Positions 1 to 12,015 of a stretch of DNA of 47,992 bases are shown here, in pieces. Numbering within the stretch: position 1 is the first letter of the stretch; every line of letters starts with the position of its first letter. The stretch is taken from assembly GCA_003166335.1 (NCBI GenBank), contig PMWA01000050.1:751-48742 (forward strand). The letters are read 5' to 3'. The translations under genes were made by a program, and so were the position numbers. Origin of the DNA: Methanobacterium sp. GTDB taxonomy: Archaea > Methanobacteriota > Methanobacteria > Methanobacteriales > Methanobacteriaceae. The notes below the pieces were generated by a model that worked only from the letters and a program-made list of their open reading frames with translations, made no database searches and was not told the DNA's origin.

Positions 1-1
1 A

Positions 2-214
2 GCTGCTCGTAAGATTCCATCCACACTAGGCAGAACCGATTATATACGAGCTAAAACAATTGGAGATAAAGTAAAACCGCTTAAAATAAAAGGATCAGGC
101 ATTATACGATCCATGGTGGAATCAGACTCTTACATTATCATAGAAGAGAACCTTGAAGGAATTATGGAAGGAGAAATGTGCGATGTTCTGCTTTACAATT
201 CCCAACGGGTTTAA
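2..214 (+). CDS. moeA: Molybdopterin molybdotransferase MoeA, C-terminal part (runs off window start)
   Basis: Manual translation of frame 2: AARKIPSTLGRTDYIRAK...KGSGIIRSMVESDSYIIIEENLEGIMEGEMCDVLLY, typical MoeA domain IV; stop TAA 212-214. Confidence 0.85.
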   Translation, partial: AARKIPSTLGRTDYIRAKTIGDKVKPLKIKGSGIIRSMVESDSYIIIEENLEGIMEGEMCDVLLYNSQRV

Positions 215-315
215 GTGTATTAAGAGTAAAACTATATAAAGTAGTTAAAAGCTTATCAAAAATTTTGATAACAAAATAAATTAAAGTTTTTCTATTATTT
301 AGAAGGTGATTATTT

Positions 316-1581
316 TTGAACGTCTTTACAATTAATCCTTTATGGTATTATGCTATTGGATTCATAGTCATATGGGTATTAGCTCTCCTATTCAGGAAAC
401 AACTCAAAATTGATGTAGAAGGACCCATTTTAATGCGTAAAACCAAAAGATTAAGGGGTTTCATTGATGGTGTAGCCCAAAGTAATCCCCGCTTTTGGAG
501 AATATTCATGACTATAGGAATACCAGTTTCTATATTTTTCATGATTTTTACCTTTTATTATTTGGTTATATCCTTACAAACACTTTTTACAGCACCACAA
601 ACTCAGTTAATTCTCCCAGGAGTAGATTTACCTGGTCAAGCTATTGCTGTTCCATTTATTCCAGGACTTATCGCCTTGGCTACAGTGATCGTGGTACATG
701 AATTTGGACACGGGATATTAGCAAGAGTTGAAGGAGTACGTATTAAATCCATTGGATTAATGCTATTAGCTGTTTTACCTGGTGCTTTTGTAGAGCCAGA
801 TGAAGAAGATGTTGAAAAATCTAAAAAAACATCCAAACTAAGAATATATGCGGCAGGTTCTATTTTTAACCTATCATTAGCTGCAATATCTCTTTTTATA
901 CTTATGATTTTATCATTACTGTTTATCAGCGGCTTATCTTTCGGTATTCCCAGCATATCTGTACCGGGAGCGCCTGCCCTCAAAACTGAGCCTGTTTGGC
1001 TGAATATAAGTGGCCCAATATTCCCTTCCCTTCATGCTGATGGTATACAAATTTCAAGCGTAGTTCCTAAAAGCCCTGCAGATGGAATTTTGCAAGGGGG
1101 AATGGTAATTTATAGTATAAATGGTTATAGCACTAATAATGATGATAATTACCTTAGTGTAGTAAATAATATCAAAATAGGAGAGAAATTAACCTTTGTA
1201 ACTAATCAAGGAACTTTTCAGGTGAAAGCTGGCATTAACCCAGATAATAGCACCCATGCTTATATTGGAATACGCACTCAAGAAAATGATGTTCTAAATA
1301 GCGGACTTCCACCAGTTTATGGAGTTTTATCCCAGTGGATCTTATTCCCTTTAATAAATCTGCTTACATGGATATTCGTTTTAAATTTCGCGGTTGGAAT
1401 TATTAACCTGCTGCCGGCCAGGCCTTTGGACGGTGGATTATTGTTTGAAGAGATATTAACCTATAGAATATCTAAAACGACTGTTAATAGAATAACTAAT
1501 GGATTAACCATAGTATTATGGACTATCCTAGTGGTGAGTATAGTTTATGGGACTGGAAGAGGAATATTAATGTTATTTTAA
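316..1581 (+). CDS. Site-2 protease (M50 family intramembrane metalloprotease) with PDZ-like insert
   Basis: HEFGH zinc motif, GAFVEPDEE, NLLPARPLDGG motif, multiple TM segments; RBS AGGTGA before TTG. Confidence 0.92.
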   Translation: MNVFTINPLWYYAIGFIVIWVLALLFRKQLKIDVEGPILMRKTKRLRGFIDGVAQSNPRFWRIFMTIGIPVSIFFMIFTFYYLVISLQTLFTAPQTQLILPGVDLPGQAIAVPFIPGLIALATVIVVHEFGHGILARVEGVRIKSIGLMLLAVLPGAFVEPDEEDVEKSKKTSKLRIYAAGSIFNLSLAAISLFILMILSLLFISGLSFGIPSISVPGAPALKTEPVWLNISGPIFPSLHADGIQISSVVPKSPADGILQGGMVIYSINGYSTNNDDNYLSVVNNIKIGEKLTFVTNQGTFQVKAGINPDNSTHAYIGIRTQENDVLNSGLPPVYGVLSQWILFPLINLLTWIFVLNFAVGIINLLPARPLDGGLLFEEILTYRISKTTVNRITNGLTIVLWTILVVSIVYGTGRGILMLF

Positions 1582-1694
1582 AATGGTAAAAAATAAGAAA
1601 ACATTATATTCCTTCAATTTCGGTTCAAATAATAGTTAAGAAATCTATGGATATTTATGAAGAAATCTTTAATATCTGTCTTAAATGAAAAAGT

Positions 1695-2369
1695 TTATAA
1701 AAACTGATTTTTATAAAAAAAGTATTTTAAAGCTTCTTCAAAGGCATTTTTATGCAAATTAGCTGCCATTTCTTTTTTACATTCCTCATCTGTGAATAAT
1801 CTAAACTTAGGAGCTCTGCATGGATAATGTTGCAATTTAAGACCTGCTTTTATAGGTAAATCTTCTAAATCCTGTCCAATCATTTCATCTGCTACAAAAA
1901 GAGTGGAACCACAGGGAGACGTCCTTAAAACCTGGATTTCAGTAACTTTATCATTCTCACTGAATATTTTCACTATGGGCCTGCCAAATTTAGAAGTGAA
2001 TTCATCAAATATCTGGTTGCCATTCTCTTCTAGGTCACACATGTTAATCGGGGCTGTTACATTCTCGAAACGTTCCAACTGATTTTTAAAGCCTTCACCC
2101 TTCCAGGCAGCTACTATAATCCATCCCACCTTATCATGTAGTCTATCCACTATTTCCAAGGTGAGATCCGGATGTAGAACATATGTTATAAGAAGATCTG
2201 CAGTTTCGAGTTTTTTAAGAACATCTTCCGGTATATCAATTTCATCCGCAAAGCTGGATGTGGGTTGTTCTAGCAGTATGAATTCAGTTTCAAACTCAGT
2301 TTTAATGTTATCATAAGCCCGATCCCCATAAGAGCCGTCAGTCACTATAACAATTTTTAACATTAACAC
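1695..2369 (-). CDS. DUF166-family conserved archaeal protein
   Basis: [16 protein letters not shown] and LQHYPCRA motifs. Confidence 0.75.
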   Translation of the reverse strand: MLMLKIVIVTDGSYGDRAYDNIKTEFETEFILLEQPTSSFADEIDIPEDVLKKLETADLLITYVLHPDLTLEIVDRLHDKVGWIIVAAWKGEGFKNQLERFENVTAPINMCDLEENGNQIFDEFTSKFGRPIVKIFSENDKVTEIQVLRTSPCGSTLFVADEMIGQDLEDLPIKAGLKLQHYPCRAPKFRLFTDEECKKEMAANLHKNAFEEALKYFFYKNQFL

Positions 2370-2680
2370 ATTACCTTCTTGTTAAATTCTTTTTCAATTC
2401 AATTTTTAATTTCATCCCTTATTTGCCTGAAAAATATTAAATTACCCTAATTGTCCCCGTTAAATGCACTGGGGTCTTTGAAATTATGGTGAATTATGTT
2501 TTTTCTGCTGCCTGGAAAGACTCAGAACCACATGAAGTCATCACATAGTCAAATTCTATATTCAGAAATTTCATCATGTTTTTTGCTTCATATCCTGGTA
2601 TGTAACTTCTAAGTTCAGTCATAACTTCTATACCTGTGAATTTAACTTCTGTTAGATCTGCGCCAACATCTAAACACTAT
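2363..2680 (-). pseudogene. arsC: Decayed arsenate reductase ArsC / LMW-PTP family remnant
   Basis: Minus-strand fragments EFDYVMTSCG, IHHNFKDPSAFNG, FRQIRDEIKN*IEKEF with internal stops; N-terminal CX5R loop not found. Confidence 0.65.
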
Positions 2681-2936
2681 AAAATTCACATAATAAGGGG
2701 AGAGGTTGTAAAATTTTTAAAAAAAATGTAAATTTTTATTCTATGGGATCTGAGAATATTAGTTATAATGTTTCTAAATAAAAGTTTATATAAATTATAC
2801 TATTAAATAAAATTCAAATTACCTCACAAATTATTGCTTAGATTAAATAAGCGTGTTGAAGAAACATTTAAAGAACAAGCTTACAGAATTGATACTTATT
2901 TAATGAAAAATGTTTTAATTCCGGAGAAAATATAAA

Positions 2937-4292
2937 ATGAAAGTGGTAATAATTGGTAGTGGAGCTGCTGGTTTATCAACAGCTTCTAATATTCGAAAAT
3001 ATGATGAAGATATAGAAATAACAGTAATTACTCGTGAAAGTTTTATTGCTTATTCTCCTTGTGCTATACCTTACGTTTTATGTGGAAAAGTGGATTGTTT
3101 TGAAGATATTGTGATGCACAAACCCGAAGATTACTTGGAAAAAAATATTAATATTGTAATTAATGCAGAAGTTTTTGAAGTTTCTAGTAGAGAAAATAAA
3201 CTTAAATATAATTTTAATAACGGATATCTAAAAGTTGTAAAAGAGTTATCATACGATTATCTGGTAATAGCCTCCGGTGCAACCTCATTTATTCCTCCGA
3301 TTGAAGGGACTCATTTAAATGGTGTTTTCAAAATTAGAACTATAGAAGTCGGTTTTAAAATCAAAGAATGGGCTGAAAAAAACCATAATGCCGTGGTTGT
3401 GGGGGCTGGTTTGATTGGGCTCGAAACTGCCTATGGACTAAAAGAAATGGGCTTAAACGTTATAGTTACGGAAATGTTGCCCCAGATTATACCCAGATCA
3501 TTAGATCCGGACATGGCAAGTATTGTTCGACAATACATGGAAAATGAGGGTTTACAAGTAATTTTGGGTAATCCTATAGAAGAAATAATTGGCGACAAAC
3601 GGGTTGAGAAAGCCATTATTGGGGAAGAAGTGTTAAATGCTGACATGGTTATAATGGCTACTGGTATCCGACCTCAGATTAAACTGGCAAAAATGGCTGG
3701 TTGCGATATTGGAAGATGGGCTATCCTCGTTAATGAAAAGATGCAAACTTCGGTTCCAAACATATATGCAGTAGGCGATTGTGTAGAGGTTTATGATGCA
3801 ATAACCGGGCAAAATACGCAGTCACCACTAGGTACAACAGCGGTGAGGCAAGGAAAAATAGCTGCAAAAAATATCGTGGGGATGAGTGCAGAATTCCGAC
3901 CAGTTTTAAATGCCATGGTATCCAAGATCGGGCAACTGGAATTTGGGGCTGTGGGTTCCACTAAGAGTTGGGCTGTTCACAACGGAATGGAAGTAATCAC
4001 AGGAAAGAGTAAAGCTCTTACCAAGGCTAGATATTATCCAGGGGCTAAGACTATTGATGTTAAAATGATATGTACTCTTAATGGTAGAATTATTGGTTGT
4101 CAGATAATTGCTGAGGAGAGAGTTGCTGAACGAATTGATACTATGTCTTTAGCCATTGCAAAGGATGTTACCTGTTCTGAATTGGCTGCAATGGAATTTT
4201 CTTATGCTCACCCAGTTTCTATGGTAATAGATCCTATAATATTAGCTGCGGAAGATGCTTGTTGGAAGTTGAAAAGATTGAAAAAAATGTGA
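2937..4292 (+). CDS. NADH oxidase / CoA-disulfide reductase family flavoprotein
   Basis: GSGAAG FAD motif, YSPCAIPY redox Cys, VGAGLIGLE NAD motif, IYAVGD, C-terminal dimerisation domain. Confidence 0.9.
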   Translation: MKVVIIGSGAAGLSTASNIRKYDEDIEITVITRESFIAYSPCAIPYVLCGKVDCFEDIVMHKPEDYLEKNINIVINAEVFEVSSRENKLKYNFNNGYLKVVKELSYDYLVIASGATSFIPPIEGTHLNGVFKIRTIEVGFKIKEWAEKNHNAVVVGAGLIGLETAYGLKEMGLNVIVTEMLPQIIPRSLDPDMASIVRQYMENEGLQVILGNPIEEIIGDKRVEKAIIGEEVLNADMVIMATGIRPQIKLAKMAGCDIGRWAILVNEKMQTSVPNIYAVGDCVEVYDAITGQNTQSPLGTTAVRQGKIAAKNIVGMSAEFRPVLNAMVSKIGQLEFGAVGSTKSWAVHNGMEVITGKSKALTKARYYPGAKTIDVKMICTLNGRIIGCQIIAEERVAERIDTMSLAIAKDVTCSELAAMEFSYAHPVSMVIDPIILAAEDACWKLKRLKKM

Positions 4293-4319
4293 ATATTAAA
4301 AAAGAATAGTGTTATGGTT

Positions 4320-5255
4320 TAAGTTTAATTTGATTTTAAAAATATCCTTTACAATTTCACTTCTTTCGTCTAGGTGTAGGCAGTACATTTTAACATCCAC
4401 TCCTTCACTCATAACTCCTTCTGCTATGGCATGTGCCATTTTCTGGTGGAGTAGTGCATGGTGTCGTAAATGATGGTTATTTTATCTTTACAGTTTCCGT
4501 GGCCCAGTTACTGTAAGCGCTAATAATTTTCATGGGGTCTGTCCATATTTGACCGTGTGCTGGAGCTATCATCTTGATTTGTTTCAGAATGCCTAAGTCT
4601 TGGACTTCCTGGAATTTTTTTAGAACTAATTTTGATAGTGGTGTGATTAGATTAGCATAAAATTTTTGGGCGCCATCCATTAGTATGTATTCGGGTATTT
4701 CCTGGTCGTATCGCTGGGTGAAACATATATGTTGTCCAAAAGCGTCTTTGGGGAATAATATGCCTTTTTCAGCTAGTAAAGTAAACATACTATCGGGACA
4801 GTGCAGTAAAAATGCATTTAGGAAGGTTAATGTTTTATCACCAAGATCCAAGGTATCTCCGGTTTTAACCTCCGCGAAGTCAGCTCCTTTAATGATGGAT
4901 AATGTTTTTTTAGTCCTTTAACAGCTATTTCGGTGCAGTATATGGGTGTTTTCTGGAAATTTCTTGTGAATTTCTGGTAATGCTCCGCTATGATCCTTTT
5001 CAATGTGATTTTGTATTATGACATCGATTTTCGAATTTTTTCCTTCTTTTTCAAAAGCGTCTTCGATTCTACCCCACATTTGGGCTGAGGATCCTGGATA
5101 TGTATTGTCTATTAATGCTACTTTATCTTCGCCAAATACCAAATAGGCATTATAACTGTCCCATTTATGGTGTAACCGTGATATGTTCTTATATCCCAAT
5201 CTAAAACTCCAACCCAATATACTCCATCCTTTATTTTTACTGAGTTTGCCTTCAA
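4320..5255 (-). pseudogene. fprA: Flavodiiron protein FprA/FpaA (F420H2 oxidase), multiply frameshifted and 3'-truncated
   Basis: TTG start at 5255 after GGAGG; fragments [91 protein letters not shown] in shifting frames; flavodoxin domain cut short near 4320. Confidence 0.9.
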
Positions 5256-5289
5256 GATTTTATCCTCCAATTTTATTTATAAATAATAT

Positions 5290-5376
5290 TAGTTCGCACA
5301 CATTCGTACTGTATGGGAATATACGAACTATTTCAGATAAATTTTATGGTTCGTACAAATACGAACAATTTATATG
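5290..5376. promoter_or_regulatory. MsvR-type operator and TATA box in the divergent fprA/msvR promoter
   Basis: Palindrome GTTCGTA-CAAA-TACGAAC (5349-5366) next to TTTATATG (5369-5376); further TTCG/CGAA half-sites at 5293, 5303 and 5324. Confidence 0.8.
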
Positions 5377-5409
5377 GTAGTAAGAGAACATAATAAATGA
5401 GGATTCATC

Positions 5410-6177
5410 ATGGAACATGTGAAAAATAAACACGACGACATTGCAGAAATAAAATTATTCTCAAGCACCACGGGTATTAATGTAATAAATAGTCCCATAA
5501 AATCTAAGATATTATCATTACTAAGAAATGGAGGTTTAAACGGTTCAGATATTGTTTTATTAACTAGTAAATCCAAATCAACCATTTCAACCCATCTCAA
5601 AGACCTTATAAATGCCGGAATTATAGATTACAAACCAGATCCCAATGATGGACGTCGAAAAATATTCTATATTAAATCAAGATATCTGGGTGAACTTTCT
5701 CAAGAATTAGAATTAGAAAATGATATGGATGAATACCTTTACAATCAAATAGCTAACTCTAATGATCCATTTAAATTCTTCAGGTTCTTATTCAGAACTA
5801 TAAGAGTAGCTCTAATGCATGAAGGAGTTAATATAGACCCAATATTACATAATGCTGGCTTTAAAGTTGGTGAAACATTTTATAATCAATTAAAGAATCC
5901 TAAAACACATGAATTAGCTGAAAATGTGGCAATATTTTGGGAAACCCATAAATTAGGTAAAATTGAAGTTGAAAATATGATGCCTTTGACTATACGGGCT
6001 TACGACTGTTTTGAATGTGAAGACCTCCCTCAAATTGGTAGGTCTGCGTGTGCTTTTGATTCTGGAATATTAGAAGCTATTTTCTCCAACCACTTTGAAA
6101 GTGAAGTGAATGTAGAAGAAATTAAATGTTACGCTAAGGGTGATAATTACTGCAGCTTTATAATAAAAAAGAATTGA
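5410..6177 (+). CDS. msvR: ArsR-HTH + V4R domain redox-sensing transcription regulator MsvR
   Basis: N-terminal wHTH ([12 protein letters not shown]), V4R cysteines ([20 protein letters not shown]), divergent from fprA. Confidence 0.88.
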   Translation: MEHVKNKHDDIAEIKLFSSTTGINVINSPIKSKILSLLRNGGLNGSDIVLLTSKSKSTISTHLKDLINAGIIDYKPDPNDGRRKIFYIKSRYLGELSQELELENDMDEYLYNQIANSNDPFKFFRFLFRTIRVALMHEGVNIDPILHNAGFKVGETFYNQLKNPKTHELAENVAIFWETHKLGKIEVENMMPLTIRAYDCFECEDLPQIGRSACAFDSGILEAIFSNHFESEVNVEEIKCYAKGDNYCSFIIKKN

Positions 6178-6237
6178 TAAAATAAGAGTTCAAGTAAATC
6201 TATTTTTTTTAAAAAATTCAGAACTTTAAATTGGTAT

Positions 6238-6945
6238 TTATTCAATCTTTTTTTCCTTAAATTTAACTATAGTGGTGGATAAATATTTTTTATCCTTGAA
6301 AAATCCTTTTAAAACCATTTCATCATCCATACTGCAATTTTGGATGGATAATATTTCTTTTTCTCTTTTATCTTGATTTATAATCTCTTCTAAAACTTCA
6401 GAATGACGAGAGGTCTTCATAATCACAAATGTATCAGCATATTCAAGAATTTGCTCCAGTCTTTCATCAACTTTAGGCACTATAACCATAATTTCATCCT
6501 TTTCCGCAAGTGAAATACCTGCAGTTGCTGCACAACCTGTGAATGAAGTTATTCCAGGTATTATCTCAACTATAAACCCTTGATTGGTAATTCTACTTTC
6601 TATATATGAAAATGTACTGTAAACTGTAGGGTCACCTAGGGTTATAAATGCCACATCTACCCCTTTATTCAATTTTTGGATTATTAGTACCGCGGCATCA
6701 TCCCAGTAGCTACAAAGAGCGTTTTTATCTTCAATCATAGGGAATAATGGTTCTAAAATATCATATTTATCTTCTCGATCTTCAAGAACTGGTTGTACAA
6801 TTGATAATGCGAGACTAGGTTTAGATGCAGCTGATTTTGGTGCACATATCACCTTGACCTCTTTTAAAGAATTAAATGCTTTAATGGTTAAAAGTTCATG
6901 ATCCCCCGGACCAACCCCAATACCTAATAATTTACCTTTCCTCAT
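6238..6945 (-). CDS. cbiL: Cobalt-precorrin-2/factor II C20-methyltransferase
   Basis: GIGVGPGDHELLTIKA, LFPM, FITLGDPTVYSTF, IPGITS motifs. Confidence 0.92.
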   Translation of the reverse strand: MRKGKLLGIGVGPGDHELLTIKAFNSLKEVKVICAPKSAASKPSLALSIVQPVLEDREDKYDILEPLFPMIEDKNALCSYWDDAAVLIIQKLNKGVDVAFITLGDPTVYSTFSYIESRITNQGFIVEIIPGITSFTGCAATAGISLAEKDEIMVIVPKVDERLEQILEYADTFVIMKTSRHSEVLEEIINQDKREKEILSIQNCSMDDEMVLKGFFKDKKYLSTTIVKFKEKKIE

Positions 6946-7116
6946 AAATTTTATACCGTCCTAATTTTTTAATAGAAAAAAAATCTTGGAATGGATTATT
7001 ATTTCTTCAAATGTCTGATTAAAAACCGCTTTTATGGTTAACTCCATATTTTGATTTATAATAAAAACCTTTTAAAGGTTTAATCTATTTATACCATCAT
7101 CAAGATATAAAACCCC

Positions 7117-8856
7117 ATGGATAATGGCTTTTTCTGTAGTAAGTGCGGGATGATTAAAGATAACTGTATTTGTTCTAAAGATGGAATAGAACTAGTAAAA
7201 AGCTCTGGAATACCTGAATCAGATATTTCTGAGATAAAAAAGATGTATCCTCATATAGAATCAGAAATTATAGAAAAATTTCCTTTTATTGAACCTCGAT
7301 CGGGACAGTTAGATATTATTCAGGAAATTAAACTAGCGATAGAAAAGGGTTTCAAGTATATTCTCTTAGAAGCGGGTACGGGTACAGGTAAATCTGCCAT
7401 AGCAACTACTCTTGCAGGTATCTATGGGTCTGCATATATTTTGACAATGACTAAGCAACTGCAATCACAATATGGATTTCAGTTTGGCTATCCTCTAGTT
7501 AAAGGCAGATGTAACTTTTCTTGTAAAGATACAGGTTTAGAAGATGGTTGTGATATTGGTACCTGTCAGACCACACCTAGCGGACAAAAATTTGTTTGTG
7601 AGTTTGGAATAACCAAATCACCATTTGATGGTGGAAGTTTTGCCTTTGAAGATGCCTTCGACATGCCTATTTATTTCCGATCTCAGGATCGCTGTAATTA
7701 CTGGCGTCAAAAGGCAAACGCTGTTAAAAGTCCTATAACGTTGATGAATTATGATTATGCTCTCTTAGAGCTTAATTATGTTAAACATTTTGGTAAACGG
7801 AGCTTAATGATTCTTGACGAGGCTCATAACATTGAAAATAAGCTGATGCAACGTTTAGAAGTAAATATTTATAGTAAAAGACTTGAAAATGATGTTAATA
7901 CAATCATACCCCATGATTTAATGGCTTGTGACGATCCTTTGGAGTGGATACTATTTTTAGAATCCATCTATGACTCATATAAATCGATAGCAGTTCAAAA
8001 GATGCCTAAAAATAAGGCTGACCGCATTAATCGTACTAAACTCCGATTACAGGAACTTTTAACTAACTTGGAAGATAAACCTGAAAACTGGGTGGTTGAC
8101 CCTATTACTGGTGGAATATCTTTTAAACCACTTAAAATTGATATGTACGCTAAGGATAGATTGTTCCGTCATGCTGATGTCTGTATTTTTATGAGCGCCA
8201 CTATCTTGGATCAAAATTTGTTTTGCCAGTGGCTTGGAATAGAACCCGAAGAAGCTTATAAGATTCAAATTAAAAGTCCTTTCCCTCCTTCATCTCGGCC
8301 GATTCACTTGAGGATTGCAGGAAATATGTCTCAGCGATCTATTAAACGTACAGCACCTAGAAGTATTCCTATTCTTGAAAAGATTATAGATCATCATAAA
8401 TATGAGAAAGGGTTGATTCATACTCATAATTATAAGTGTCAGAATTATATTATGAATAAAATTAATAATAAGCGTTTAATAGGTCATAATAGTCTTAACC
8501 GGGAGCATAAATTACAACAATTTGAAAAAAGTGAGGAATCTTTGGTGTTAGTAAGTCCCTCCATGGGTGAAGGAGTCGATTTACCCTATGAAAAATGTCA
8601 ATTCCAAGTGATCTACAAGATACCTTTTCCTTATCTAGGAGATCGACAGGTTAACCAAAGAAAGAGTAAAGACCCGAAATGGTATGCTTATAAAACTGTT
8701 ATGACTTTGATTCAGGCTTATGGTCGTGGAATGCGGGCTGAAGATGATCAATGCGAAACTTACATTTTAGATGGCAACATTCGCATGCTCTTCACTAATC
8801 GGCTTTATCGACATTTAGTTCCAGAGTTCTTTAAAGAAGCTGTGCAACACGAATAA
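7117..8856 (+). CDS. DinG/XPD-family ATP-dependent DNA helicase
   Basis: EAGTGTGKS Walker A, Cys-rich Fe-S-type region, [23 protein letters not shown]-terminal CxxC..CxC. Confidence 0.9.
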   Translation: MDNGFFCSKCGMIKDNCICSKDGIELVKSSGIPESDISEIKKMYPHIESEIIEKFPFIEPRSGQLDIIQEIKLAIEKGFKYILLEAGTGTGKSAIATTLAGIYGSAYILTMTKQLQSQYGFQFGYPLVKGRCNFSCKDTGLEDGCDIGTCQTTPSGQKFVCEFGITKSPFDGGSFAFEDAFDMPIYFRSQDRCNYWRQKANAVKSPITLMNYDYALLELNYVKHFGKRSLMILDEAHNIENKLMQRLEVNIYSKRLENDVNTIIPHDLMACDDPLEWILFLESIYDSYKSIAVQKMPKNKADRINRTKLRLQELLTNLEDKPENWVVDPITGGISFKPLKIDMYAKDRLFRHADVCIFMSATILDQNLFCQWLGIEPEEAYKIQIKSPFPPSSRPIHLRIAGNMSQRSIKRTAPRSIPILEKIIDHHKYEKGLIHTHNYKCQNYIMNKINNKRLIGHNSLNREHKLQQFEKSEESLVLVSPSMGEGVDLPYEKCQFQVIYKIPFPYLGDRQVNQRKSKDPKWYAYKTVMTLIQAYGRGMRAEDDQCETYILDGNIRMLFTNRLYRHLVPEFFKEAVQHE

Positions 8857-8894
8857 AATTAAAATAAAATATAAAAGGTTATTTTCTCCTTTTT

Positions 8895-9748
8895 TTAATC
8901 TCCTAATGTTTTATTGAGCCAAGTATGGATGTAATCCACAACTTCTTGCCATCCTTCTTGGACCATAATGAGGTTCGAACGGCCGGGGAACTCATGGAAA
9001 TCTGTTTTAGCGCTTGATTGATTGTATTTTTTATAATTCGCCCTAGATACGGTGGCAGGTACTGTGTGATCCTCACTACCTGCTAAAAGCAGAAGAGGGC
9101 TGCGAATATTGTTTTTATAGTTTATACTGGTAGTAGCGTGGCTTATTAAGTCTGAAAATGCACTTTGGAAAAGGGGTTTTCCAGTATCAGGTATAGCGTA
9201 CCTTTCATATGCTTTTCTAGCATCTTCTTCAGACATAGTGTTGGCAAAAGCATAATGAAACTGTTTAAACGTTAATTCTACTACTTTATGTTATTCCTTG
9301 GATCGGAAAGGACGGGAAATGTGGATCTGAGCTGAGTCAGTGCTAATTTATGCACACCTTTAGGTGCTGCCGAGTCTAGAGTCACTCCTGCAGCGGCAAA
9401 ACCCTGATCCATAAGAATCTGTACTATCAACCCACCAAAAGAATGACCTATAAGGATGGGAGACTCATTTAAATTGTTGAGGATATCCTTGTAATGTGCT
9501 ACTACCTCTTCCAAACCCAGACCAGCTAGAGTGGATTCTGCTTTCTGCCGTACCTCTAGAATGTCTCCCTCATGGCCAGGCCAACCGGGCAACATCACTT
9601 GGTATCCTAAGTCTTGAAAACGTTTATCAAAATATTCCCAAGAGAGTGGAGTCATCCATAAGCCATGAATAAGTAGTATAGTTCTATCTTTACTGATCTT
9701 CAAACTTACTTCTGGTTTATCTATTCCTTCAATCATATTTAGCCTCAA
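8895..9748 (-). pseudogene. Alpha/beta hydrolase split by a frameshift near 9290
   Basis: LIHGLW and GHSFGG in 9281-9748; HKVVELTFKQFHYAFANTMSEE continues in another frame into 8895-9236 (AGSEDHTV); expected catalytic His reads Asn (FPGRSNL). Confidence 0.8.
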
Positions 9749-9791
9749 ATCTTTTTTTAATCATTTTCATGTTTTATTATAAGATATATCT

Positions 9792-10124
9792 TTATTTTGG
9801 TTCTCCATTCTTGCAAAAATATTCCATTGGCTCGCTTTTTTCTAAATTGTATTTTTTCCAAACTTCGCAGTTTTTACAAGCGCATTCTACTTCAAAATTA
9901 ATATCATTACAGTTAGCTTTGCCAATAGAACAGTAAAACCAAGGAAAATCTTTTGGTTCTAACTCAGAAATTGAATCGACACCTTTTGATTCCATCTCTT
10001 GCATAGCTATCAGTTTCTTCTTAGCACAATCACTTTTAGATTGAACCGGGCAGGTACCACAGAGGCATCTCATCATATTTTTCATATTATAATCGACTTT
10101 TAACATATCATTAAACTCCTTCAA
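9792..10124 (-). CDS. DUF2769-type small Cys-rich methanogen protein
   Basis: CLCGTCP..C, YCSIGKANC, CACKNCEVW..Y.L...YFC..G pattern. Confidence 0.75.
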   Translation of the reverse strand: MKEFNDMLKVDYNMKNMMRCLCGTCPVQSKSDCAKKKLIAMQEMESKGVDSISELEPKDFPWFYCSIGKANCNDINFEVECACKNCEVWKKYNLEKSEPMEYFCKNGEPK

Positions 10125-10796
10125 TTAAACCTGATAATTCTTCCAATTTTATTTTAAACGTTAAAATTTATATTCAGCGCTTTTTTATTCTTAAGGGGTA
10201 CAAATAGATTCTAAAATTCAATCCATCATTCTTATAATATTATGTAATTTACAATTAATAAATATACGGTTTTTAGAGTTATTAAACAGTTATTACCTGT
10301 TAAATTAATAAAAAAAGAGGTTTAGTAAAGTTATATATATTATAATACAAAAATTAATTTAGATTAGCAAACAACGTTATTTAAGCATATTCTATTAAAG
10401 AATCATTTAATAAAAAATGATTCCCTCGAAATTAATATTATGCAAATGCAGCAATGTAGCCTCCGACAATATATTGATTAATAAGCCGCTGATGAACGAT
10501 GTTTAAGATTGTCATGTTGATTAAAATTTATCTCGGATTTTCTTGAAAAATTTTTTGGTTCAAATAAAAGTTTTTATAGACCATTTTGAATTGTAAAGCA
10601 TTCAAATTATTTAAATATTAAATGTAAAATGCTCAATTTACAAAAGGAAAAATTTATTATCATTTATATTAATTTTAGCTAAATTAATAATTAGAAATTA
10701 AATTAATTTAAATTTGTCAAATGAATGGATAATAAATGATTAAAATAGTTTTTGCATAATGGATAAAAATTTGTATATAAAAAATAGTGAAATAAG

Positions 10797-10872
<76 letters not shown>

Positions 10873-11073
10873 ACATAGAAAGTTTGATCACAAAAATGAT
10901 CTTTTAATATATGTTTTTAAGGACAATAACCATATCGAAGAGAAAGAATGATCTATCCCCTATTACATATAATGATTTATAATTAAATATTATTTTAAAA
11001 TTATTTTACTTAAAGAGTATAGTATAACTCGCTATAAAAAATAACTTTACAAATTAATATAAGAGGCAATTTA

Positions 11074-11898
11074 ATGCTGGCTAAAAGAATTATTCCCTGT
11101 TTAGACTGTGACTTGAATTTATCTCATGGTCGAGTGGTTAAAGGGGTGGAATTTAAACAAATTCGTTATGCTGGAGATCCCGTAGAATTAGCCACTAAAT
11201 ATTACGAAGATGGAGCCGATGAGATAGTGTTTTTAGATATTACCGCCTCTCATGAGCGAAGAGAAACCATGGCGGAGGTCTTAGATGCCACCACCGAGAA
11301 CGTGTTCGTGCCAATTTGTGTTGGAGGTGGGATTAGAAAGCCTGCTGATTATGTGAACATGCTCAAAGCAGGAGCAGATAAATGTTCAACCAACACGGCA
11401 GCCATACATAATCCTGATCTGATTAATGAAGCTTCTAAGATAGTTGGCAGCCAAGCCTGTGTGATTGGCATCGACGCCAAACGTAGGTACGTTGAAGATA
11501 TACAGAAAAACAAGGATAAGATTATTGTAGAAACAGAACAAGGTTACTGTTGGTATGATTGCAGCATCTATGGTGGCCGTGAATTTACAGGAATTGATGC
11601 ATTAGCCTGGGCTTTAGAGTGTCAAGAAAGAGGTGCGGGAGAGATTTTACTGACTAGTATGGATCGGGACGGTACCAAAGACGGTTACGATTTACCGTTA
11701 ACCAAAACCATGAGCGATATGCTGGATATTCCAATCATAGCCAGTGGCGGTGTGGGCAAACCTGAACACATTTACGAAGCCTTTGAAATGGGAAAAGCAG
11801 ATGCAGCCCTGGCTGCGAGTATTTTTCACTTTAATGAATTTCCTATACCTGTGGTTAAGGAATACTTGAAAGAGAATGGTGTGGTAGTTAGAATATAA
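11074..11898 (+). CDS. hisF: Imidazole glycerol phosphate synthase cyclase subunit
   Basis: [52 protein letters not shown]. Confidence 0.97.
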   Translation: MLAKRIIPCLDCDLNLSHGRVVKGVEFKQIRYAGDPVELATKYYEDGADEIVFLDITASHERRETMAEVLDATTENVFVPICVGGGIRKPADYVNMLKAGADKCSTNTAAIHNPDLINEASKIVGSQACVIGIDAKRRYVEDIQKNKDKIIVETEQGYCWYDCSIYGGREFTGIDALAWALECQERGAGEILLTSMDRDGTKDGYDLPLTKTMSDMLDIPIIASGGVGKPEHIYEAFEMGKADAALAASIFHFNEFPIPVVKEYLKENGVVVRI

Positions 11899-12015
11899 AA
11901 AATATTCATTTTAAATTAAGAAAACTAATAACATAATTGAAACATGTATTTATGAAATAAATATTCAGGTTTGTTAAATTAAAATATTATATAGATATTA
12001 TAAAACTCAAAGTTA

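Noticed and set aside
10450..10500. GCTGATGA motif reminiscent of a fluoride (crcB) riboswitch or box C
   Set aside because: The required 5' stem and pseudoknot partner are absent, no matching box D arrangement was seen and no suitable downstream gene exists
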